The position numbers were made by a program, and so were the translations under genes. Shown piece by piece: positions 54,786 to 64,000 of a stretch of 64,000 bases of DNA. Numbering within the stretch: position 1 is the stretch's first letter; every line of letters starts with the position of its first letter. The stretch is from the NCBI GenBank assembly GCA_024679065.1, contig JAGIQG010000032.1, positions 13,702,001-13,766,000 of the forward strand, given 5' to 3'. The notes beneath the pieces were generated by a model that was not told the DNA's origin, ran no database searches, and saw only the letters and a list, made by a program, of their open reading frames with translations. This stretch comes from Sphyrna mokarran (lineage: Eukaryota).

Positions 54786-56524
54786 ATATTTAAGTGATTT
54801 AGAGGCGCTTAATCGTTATGATAAGTTTCTGTTTACGGGATTGGAATGTGAATGTTCTATTGCAGGGGAAATACTCTGAATTTAGATGCAAGTTTGGCAG
54901 AATTCTCTAGACATGCTGATTTATTCCTGAAGTATATCCATGTAAAACCTCCCAAATTGCACTATAGGTTCATTTTGAAGGCAATGTACAAGGCTTGAAC
55001 ACCCGAGGAGTTGAAGAATCACTGGTGAGGCAGTGACAGAACTGAATCATTTCCTTCAGCCAAGCACTGAAGTCAGTCTGAGGACAGGGCCAGTTCATAA
55101 AGGCTGATCTTTCCAATCAACAGAAGCTACTTGTGAAACCTTATGATCTTAGTGCATGAATGCACTCTTCAGGTAAGAGACATGTTGCTTGTTCAAGCCA
55201 CAGATTTCAGTAATTTCTCCATGGAAGCCAGCCAAGAGCACTTTTACCATCTGGCTTAATTCCCCAAAGTGCCAGATATTATTGGTGGCGCACGAATGTC
55301 CTTTGCCTCCACATCATTCCATTTTGAATACAAAGGGGCTCTATTCCAGGCCCATGTAGCAGGTCTGTGATTATGAGAATGCATCTATTACTTTCCATTG
55401 AGATATCCTTGGATGTGGCTTGATCAGACGTGACTTGTGTACGTTTTGAGCTTTTGGTGGAGCAAATTGCCCAGATGTTAAAACTGATTGCGGGAAGGTG
55501 AGGTGGGGGTGGTAGGGAATCTTTTAGTAAAGCCTGATTTCTACATTCTGCTGGCCCTTATAAACTTTCTTCTACACAACAAATTAAGGCAGAAACTAGC
55601 ACCAACCAGTGGCTGAAGGATGCCCTAATGGGATCGAGTAGATATCTGCAGAAACATTCAGCAAGAGTCTTAATGTTGCAAAAGCCTATTTTTCTAGTTA
55701 AGAGTCTGAGCCATTCACTATGCAACAGCTTTCTGTATGTTTTGCAATACCTTGCCAAAAATCTGGCTTTTCACCTTTGCCCTGAACCTTGCACCAAGAT
55801 CCATGATATCACTTTTAATCTATCCCATCCCAATGCGCTCTCACAATACATTAGTACACTAGTTTAGAAAAATGTAATTCATCATGACAACGTAGGATGC
55901 AGGGGTTCTGCATATTAATTCCATACAGCTTCACAGAAATAGTGAGCGAAATCTTTGCTTCAGGGGCTGGCAACTGGAGCTGGGACGGCTTCTGGGTTTT
56001 GCAGCTGTGTCTAAGAGGATGGGACGAGTAGAGTCACTCTGAACGGGATGGAGAGAGGGAGAGGCAGAGAATTCTTCTACAGCACAGCCTTTGGGTAGAA
56101 GCACAGTCAACAACGGAATACTCATCTCCAGGTAGTGATACAGCTATAGTGTTGGGATACTGCAGGCCAATAGGAAAATCTCAGTCCACTGATTCATCTG
56201 CTCTTCACAAGGCTTTTAACAAGCCTAGCCTTGTGGGGCTCCTGAACACTGCCTCCCCTAAATGGCTGAGAAACCAGCACACCAGCCGGTGCTGGAAAAT
56301 TCTGCCCTGTGTCTGAGTTTAAGATTACATGAAAGAAAGCCATGGATGAGTAAAAGTCTCCACAGGTTTCTGTTGCTGAGCCAGGCAGTCATATCACATT
56401 CCACAGAGACGTGTTTGGAATTTTCACAGATATCCCCAAACTTAGAAGACAGCTTGGGGCACCCAAATAGTTGCTTGGAATGTGATAGTGAGCCATCAAA
56501 CTGCATTCCTGACTTCCAGCTTTC

Positions 56525-57220
56525 TCCCATAAGATATAGGAGCAGATGTTGCCATTCGGCCCATCGAGTCTGCTCAGTAATTTGATGAGATCAAGAATTT
56601 TATGAAAATCCTCAACTCCTCTTTTACATCTTACCCCCATAACCCTCGATTCCCTCAGTGATTAAAAATCTACCTCAGCCTTGAACATACCTAACGACCC
56701 AGCCTCTGTGATAACAAATTCTACAGATTCACTACCCTCAGAGAAATGCCTCCTCATCACTGTCTTAAATGGGTGACCCCTTCCTCTGAGTTTATGCCCT
56801 CTAGTTCTAGACTCTCCCACAAGGGGGAATAACCTCTCAGCATCTAGTCTGTCAAGCCCCACGAGAATTCATCTGTCTCGACAAGATCGACTCGCATTCT
56901 TCTAAACTCCAAAGAGTACAAGCCCAACCTATTCAACCTCGCCTTATAAGGAAATCCCTTCATACTGTGAAGTGTACCTTCTCTGGATTGCCTCTAATGC
57001 CAGTATATCTTTTCTTAGAAACGGAGACTAAAATTGTTCACAATATTCCAGTTACCATCTAACCAATACCTTGTAAAGATTTAGCAAGAGTTCTCTATTG
57101 TTATACTCCATTCCCAAAAGCTAATATTCCATTTCCCTTCCCAACTGCCTGTTGAACTTGCATGCTAGCCTTTTATGATTACGCATGAGGATCCCCAAAT
57201 CCCTCTGCGCTGCAGCTTTC
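56525..57220 (-). mobile_element. CR1 LINE 3' end
   Basis: The minus ORF GLDRLDAERLFPLVGESRTRGHKLRGRGHPFKT is the canonical CR1 ORF2 C-terminus. Confidence 0.9.
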
Positions 57221-58864
57221 TGACTGGCTGGTCAGCTCTTGCATCTCCTCTATTGCCACTTCCATAAATTTGTTCCTAATTTATTGATGAAGGGCTGCCT
57301 TCTACAACACATTAAATGAACACCTTGGAGTGGATGGATCTGTGCTGCTTTTTTTGTGCAGCCTTTTCCTGCAAATACATGAAAAAGAGATATGTTGGAA
57401 TGAGGAATCAAAGAGGTGTGTGTCAAAGTGACTACCTCATTTCAACCCTTCAACATCTGCCACCTGATCTTGGCAACAAATCTGATATATACAGCTGCCA
57501 GGTTTAGTAGGATATAGGGAAGCATGGGTGTGGGGATGCCAGTTTATTTGTAATATACGTGAGCAGTCCCAGATTGTGTTTCATTCTCTCTCTCTCTGAT
57601 ACTTCATCAAGCTTCCAATGAAATGCTGCTAAGATGCAATGTGGGGTAAGTTTAGAAAATTCAGCAAAGCGTAAAGGCATTTATTCGTAAACTTCTTCCT
57701 ACCTGGGTCCCAGAATCTGGCCGGAATTGACACAGCATGAACTCTTCCATCAAACTTCATCCAGGTTGGGCTGGCATTGTTTTTCCACTGATGGAAATCT
57801 CTGTACTCCAAAATCAATCAGCCTCCCCTGACCCACCTCCAAAGCTGCATTCTTATTTGCTGAGTTGCTCCAGCCATTTCTCTCTTTAACAAGCCAGCGT
57901 TGCTAGCAGCCCTTTAAGAGCTGCTGCCACTAGATGACATGCACTTTGACCCAAATGTGTTCCCAACCCATCATGTTCCATGAACTAGGAACTGTGAGAT
58001 GATGGAAATTTGCCACGCTCACATTCTGATGCAAGGTTAACTAAGAACACAGTAGACATGTGAAGCAACTGGTGTGTCCTAGCCACCGCTGCAATACTGG
58101 GATCCCAATATTGCTTCCACAATGTGGTGGTGCTGCAAATAGGAAATATATGCTGCCAGACGCCAGGACAACATCTTAATGGTGAATCCAGAAAAATAAA
58201 ACCTAATGTCTAATAATGTGTTCTATGAAAGAGATATTGGTAATGTTACAGTATTTTTCTGGATAACAATCTATGTGTTGAATAAATTTGCTGAACTTTT
58301 TGTTTGCTGAACTCTACTTTTCCTACTGACACAATGGGAATAAGATAAATGCACTGCTGTCATAATGCCACATCCTGTTCTTTCTGCTGGACTCATTCGG
58401 AATAAGATGGTCAACATCTTATTCTAAACAGCATAATCCATGGAATTCAGGTTGAAGGAACTGAAATTTGTAAGTGACTTCTCATTATAACCTGTGCTGA
58501 GGCTTCTGAGTGCTACTGTTTAAAGCTTCACACAGCTGAACTGCCCAAATATAAATATTAACAAATGTTTTATTTGTCATAATCCAATTCCTATTCTAAA
58601 GCAGAACATTACCCAAACCGTGGAATAAATTGGCAACTCACTGCAAAATCCAATTATCCCCAGATACCTTTTTCTTTCATTGTATTGTCTTTAAAGACCC
58701 TGCGATTCTTCATTCAAATCTTGTCACTCTTCCACTCAGTTTAAAGTCTTAGAATTAGAATGTGCTTCCTTTCACAGTCCTTTCCTCCAACAATCACTCC
58801 CTTTCTCTTTGCAGGGAATTGCTTCAGCCATCAGTCTATCCGATCTGCTAATCTACGTCATCTT

Positions 58865-58985
58865 GTGACTCTGTTGTGGAGAAATCATATTCTACTTGAA
58901 ATGTTAACTCTTTCTCTCTCCACAGATGCAGCAAAGCCTGTTGAGTATTTTCAGCATTTTGCTTCTATTTCAGATTTGCCGTATG
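58865..58985 (+). mobile_element. Decayed Penelope-like terminal-repeat fragment
   Basis: 'gaaatgttaactctttctctctccacagatgcagcaaagcctgttgagtattttcagcatttt'. Related decayed copies lie at about 54015-54105 and 37960-38070. Confidence 0.5.
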
Positions 58986-59242
58986 CACAATAATCCTCAT
59001 CCTGTAACCTGTCATGTTCTTCTCAGTTGGCCCAAATTTGACGTCATCAGCCAATTTCATTATCAGTTCTCTTCTGCATTGGCCAAAATCATTTTATTAA
59101 AATGGAAAAAAAGTATGAACAACGTTATCCATATAATTTCAACCCAAAACATATCTATTTAGCTCTACTTTATGCTTTCTCTCCCCCACTGGTCCTTTAA
59201 TACATAATGGTGTCACAGCAAACCATGAGATGAACACACATT

Positions 59243-59545
59243 CATAGAATCCCTGGAATGCAAAAGTAGGCCATTTGGCCCATCCAGCTTGCACCAATGA
59301 CAATTCCATTCAGGACCTATCCCCATAACATCGTATATTTACCCTACTAATCCTCCTGACACTAATTTACCACCACCACTCAGTCTAACCTGCCCATCTT
59401 TTGGACTGTGGGAGGAAACTGGAGCATCTGGAGAAAACCTAGATAAAACACAGGGTGGAGGTGCAGACTTCATACAGTCACCGGAGGCCGGAATTCAACC
59501 TGGATCCCTGGTGCCGTGCAGCAGCAGTGCTAACCACTGTGCCAT
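59243..59545 (-). mobile_element. HE1/V-SINE
   Basis: Antisense tail, V-domain and head 'gcagcagtgctaaccactgtgcca'. Confidence 0.85.
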
Positions 59546-60860
59546 TTGTGTAACAATGGCATAATTTCCCTGACAAATCTTTTATATGGTACCTTGTCAA
59601 TTGCCTTCTGAAAATTCAATAATCCTATTGCATTTTTCTACCTAAACATCCCATGGCTTTCTCTTCTCAAGCATTTTGAAGGAAAACTGTATCCCTCAAA
59701 TGTATTCAGCCCATAGTCCTGATCAGCCCAAGAGGGTTAGAGAAATGCAATAATATAAAATCAAACCCATAATTTTGCTGTGTTTTTACAGCTAAAGTGT
59801 TACAAATTAAAAGGGGAACGTTATAGTAGAGAAGGTGGCTTGAATGTAACCTGTTGTCCTTTTTAATAAATATTTTCCCAATGTACTGGGACAATTCTTA
59901 GCCTTTTTCCCTCCGATGCCAACCGTTCCCATAGATTATCACCAATGCCTTCTCAACTACAAAAAGGTAGGAAAGAGCTGATTATCTCCTCTCAAATACG
60001 TATCCACCACTCCCACAATTGGAGGTACCTTTGGATAATTACTGAGATGAGACAATGGGCCCACGTCAACCCAAACATTACCAAAAACCTGACATATAGT
60101 CGATGTCAGCTCAGGCTTTCTGGGCTGATGTCGAGCAGTGTTGATAAACCTTCCTAAACTGAGCTCAATTGCGCTTTTGTGATGTCTCTAAAATATGCTC
60201 ATTACGGTACCTTTAAAAAAAATTTCATTTATTTGTGAGCATCCACTTTTATAGGTAGGATATAGCAGCTTCGCTGAACATTAAATAATGGCTTGAAATT
60301 GAACCTTATCAAATACTCTGTGGCTTACCACGTAACGGGCAAGTGTGTGAAAAATATCACTTGATATGTACTTGCATGGCTGAAATCGAGAAGCTGGATC
60401 GCCCTGCGTAATGGATCACTCGGCTTCTCGATAAACAGTGATTGAGCTTGACCTGTAACTAAATGACCTTCCCATTAGGTCGAGGCACCTGTTAACACGC
60501 CTGTTGATTTTTAAACTGTGGAGGTGATCTTACAGAAGGAGTTGCAGCACCGAGCACATCTTCGGGGATCTGATACACCCAGTGTCAGATTTTGGATATT
60601 TTCTTTTGTGATTCTGGGCAAAGGTGCAAAAAAAAAAAGGCCCAAAAAAAGCTTCTTAATCAAATGAGTGCGATGGGAGTTTACAATTTCTCCAAAACAT
60701 TTTAACGTGTCGGTGGCAGCATTTGTACTTTGCACAACAGGATGTGGGATGGAAATTGAAATTTGGAATGCACACTCGGCCTTTATTTTACCATTTGAAA
60801 CAGGTTTGGGAGATCCAGGGCTGCAGTGATTAATCACAATAAATAGAGATGATATTTTAC

Positions 60861-61031
60861 CAAGCCCCCGAGGATGAAGAAGACCATAAAAAGCCGTCCA
60901 AGCGTTGTCCTTGCATAAACATCTCCATAACCAACTGTGGACATTGTGACCATAAGTAAGTAGACACATTCCCAATATGTCAGTGGTTGGGAATTTTGGA
61001 AGTTTTCCCATGGATCCCCTGAGTTCTCCAC
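60861..61031 (-). CDS. KCNMA1: BK/Slo1 alpha exon (about human exon 8): turret, pore helix, selectivity filter and S6 N-half
   Basis: 171 nt, phase 0/0, acceptor ...ctcatag and donor gtaaaa. Translates [57 protein letters not shown], with the TVGYGD K+ filter, and is near-identical to vertebrate Slo1. Confidence 0.98.
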
Positions 61032-61789
61032 CTATGAGCAGCAAAAGAAAAAGACAAAGACAGTCGTTAAGAATCTGGAGGCTGGAAGGAGTTTGACAGA
61101 GAAGTAAGTGAGCAATAATATAGCTTGAGCACCATCTAGTGTCAACACACACACACTTACACTGTTCTCAATTCTTGGGAGTGATTTATTTGATTTGAAA
61201 CCATGAAAACACAACCAATAACTTCTCTTTTGTTTGTTCCTCGTCATGGAATACTTGGGATCTGCAGAACCACATTCTGTAAAACCCTGCTCACACTGCA
61301 TTTCATGCTTGTGCTTCAGATCTGTTAAAGACACAAGTGCTGCAGGGGACCAAGGGAAACGGAAGGACTGATAAGCCTGAAAGAATTTCCTTTGCCAATT
61401 CCCTCCCAATATATCAAAATACATAGAACATAGAGAAAGAGGCCACTCAGTTCAACCAGTCCCTGCCAGATTTATGTTTCACTTGGATCTCCTTCCATCC
61501 TTGTTCATATCAATCATTCACCACAACCCACTTTGCCCTTCCCTGTCATACGTTTATTCAGCTTCCCCTTAAATGCATCAATATGCATCACTTCAAGCAC
61601 GCTCTATGTCAGCAATTCCACGTTCTCACCACTTCTAGGTAAAGAAGTTTTTTTCTAAATTGCATATTTGATTTCTTGGTAACTATTCTGATACCAGCAG
61701 CCTCTACCATGCAATGAGATTTCTGAAGTCATTGACTCTAATCTGAGATCTGCTTCCATAATCTGCCGTGGTACATCTCCCAGTCAATT

Positions 61790-62150
61790 TTTTTTATCAT
61801 TCGTGGTATGTGGGCATTACTGGCAGGCCGGAATTTACTGCCCATCCTTTGTTGCCCGAGGACAGTTGAGAGTCAACCACATTGCTGTGGTTCTGGAGTC
61901 ACATGTCGGCCAGACCAGGTAAAGATGGACGATTTCCTTCCTGAAAGGACGTTAGTGAACCAGATGGGCTTTTCCGACAATTGACAATGGTTGGATGGTC
62001 GTTGATAGATTCTTAATTCCAGGTATTTTTTTTTATTGAATTTGAATTCCACCAGCCTCCATGGCGAGATTCAAATCCGAGTCCCCATGACATTGGCAGA
62101 GTTTCTGGATCAATAGTCAAACGGTAATATCAATAGGCATTGCCTCCCAT
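61790..62150 (-). mobile_element. MetaSINE-like SINE
   Basis: Antisense core 'gatttccttcctgaaaggacgttagtgaaccagatggg', homologous to 1256-1620. Confidence 0.75.
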
Positions 62151-63189
62151 ACATGTCTAAGTACACGTACACCCGCCTCCCCCACAGATTGGCCTCTCAC
62201 AATTCTCTCAATCCCCTCTGTTAAATCCAGAAGTTTAAGGTGGGTTGGGATCAGTTTTCAGATTTTTGAAATGTTAATCGCTCCACCCATTGTGCCTGTA
62301 GCAATTTCTGCAATTGAAAAGCCTGTTGACAAAGTGCCAACCGTATGAAATATTGAGGACTGAAGAGAATACCTGGAATCGATTACTGTGTTTTGAGACT
62401 AGGGAGAGTTAAAATAACAAATAGCAACATGAGGAAAATCAGAAATAAATAAGAACACTCAATCATTTTCAGTATTATTCACAACTGGACAGTAATGATT
62501 GGCAGCAAACTCCATTTTTCACTCCCCAGTGTTAGTATTCACGAAGAGAGGCATTCCAATGTCAGGTAGAATTTTCTTTATTTACTTCCTAATTCAACTG
62601 GCCAAGGTAATGATGATATCACCTATAATGGATGTGCTATGGTTCAAACAAGCATTTCTGAATGCAGCATCCCTTTAAATGAATTATTTACTATTTTGGG
62701 CGTAAACAGTTATTAAAAAAAATTGATGGATCCTGTTTGCAAGGCACTAAACTGCAGATATAAGAATTCCAAGTGAGAGCATAACTTAAGTGGCATGAGA
62801 GCTGGGGAGGTGGTGGGAAGGGGTAGTAGAATGTAGTGTACTATCAGTACCAAGCTTACAGGTACAACATGATGATGAAAGGCTTGTGGCGTGTTGGATA
62901 AAAGCAAGAAAAAATTCTACATTATTCATAGCTGTGACCAGTTTTAGGAATTTGTTTTCCTTGGGCTATGGGTCAGAATTGTTCAGAGATGCTGGGTAAA
63001 TTTGATCTATATTCTCTGGAGTCAAGGATATTGAGTTTGTGACATGATTGAGATATTCAAAACAGTGAATAGAATAAATAGAAAACTGTTTCCCTCCACT
63101 CCATAAACAAATAGAGGAGAAATGGACAAGACGAGAGGATGGAATCTTGACCAGTTACAGTAAAACCCAGGAAAAGTTCAACACAAAGA

Positions 63190-63337
63190 GATTTTAGATT
63201 TGGGACATTGAAATACCTCAATGGACTTTGCTCCAAAGAAAGACAGATTCGTACTTAAGAATATAAGGTATATTCTTAACTATGAATCTTTTAGAGCAAA
63301 GTCCATTGAGGTATTTCAATGTCCCAAATTTAAAATC
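63190..63337. repeat. Near-perfect 148-bp palindrome within a decayed CR1 3' fragment
   Basis: Arms of about 70 bp around a 3-nt loop (agg). The outer 43 bp have only one mismatch. Confidence 0.9.
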
Positions 63338-64000
63338 CAACCTTTAGTGAGGACAGGAAAATTAGATTTAAATGATATAGAGCTGCCATAACGTTCAAAA
63401 ATAGTCAAGTCGGCTCTCTGGAATGACTGGCTTCTTGATCTTCCTGTGTTCCTATTGATTCTTGATTTATTAATAGTTAGCAATGGATTATGTGCTCCAA
63501 ATTAGATGCCACGCTGATTCAATGTCATATTCAATGGTCCCACCAAAACAGCATCTAGATACTGGTTTCAACACTATCTCACCTCAGATGTTCAGATGAT
63601 AGTTGGAAACTCTTTATGCTTGGAAACTCTTTATGGTACTATTTGAGCCCTTTGACACAACTGCTCTGTTATAAACAGAACTATATGCAGCGAACTATCA
63701 CCACCAGTAAAATTTCAACAGTGGGGATATATTAAGAAATAATTTTGCAGTTGATTTATACTTTGGCCATAGCTCTGGACTGTGCTTTTTGATCAAGATG
63801 CATTAAACATCGAGAAAGGAACTAGGCACCAAGCAATAACTTGGCCAACATCATGCAGACTGAGAGTTATTTACTAGACTTCAGGTAAAACACAACTATG
63901 AATTATAAAACTTCAAGCAAAAATGCTATGAGGATATCTGTTATATTTATGTTTATTGAAAATTCATCTCCTGGAGAAACTGTCGGTACAAATGATATCT

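Noticed and set aside
55931-56125. 64-aa minus ORF with protein-like composition as a possible cassette exon
   Set aside because: Weak polypyrimidine tract, no convincing donor, and it would interrupt S6. No homology recognised.
60511-61152. 213-aa minus-strand ORF overlapping the pore exon
   Set aside because: It is an alternative frame over the real exon that runs through both splice sites into intron. It has no recognisable domain.

Overview
Eukaryotic, repeat-rich genomic DNA from a cartilaginous fish, most likely a shark, judged from HE1/V-SINE-type and CR1 repeat families. The whole window lies inside one minus-strand gene, the BK/Slo1 calcium-activated potassium channel alpha subunit (KCNMA1). 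Eight coding exons were read directly with canonical AG/GT ends and consistent phases. They encode the turret-pore-S6 region (60861-61031), two tandem 92-nt versions of the S6-RCK1 linker exon (46974-47065 and 46797-46888), and five RCK1 exons down to 15537. The second linker exon carries the S->R and E->A changes known from the low-conductance skate electroreceptor BK and from mammalian e9alt. Most other ORFs in the track are chance or repeat-derived. The most unusual unexplained signal is a candidate hidden exon at 44834-44926. It follows a 172-nt AG-free zone with branch-point and UGCAUG motifs and would stop the channel right after the S6 linker, giving either a poison exon or a BK lacking its gating ring. 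Other observations are palindromic Penelope-type elements with hammerhead-ribozyme cores, inverted SINEs bracketing an in-frame 300-nt three-exon block, two strong hairpins and a local templated duplication. Exon coordinates are exact. Repeat boundaries and family names are approximate and assigned by eye.
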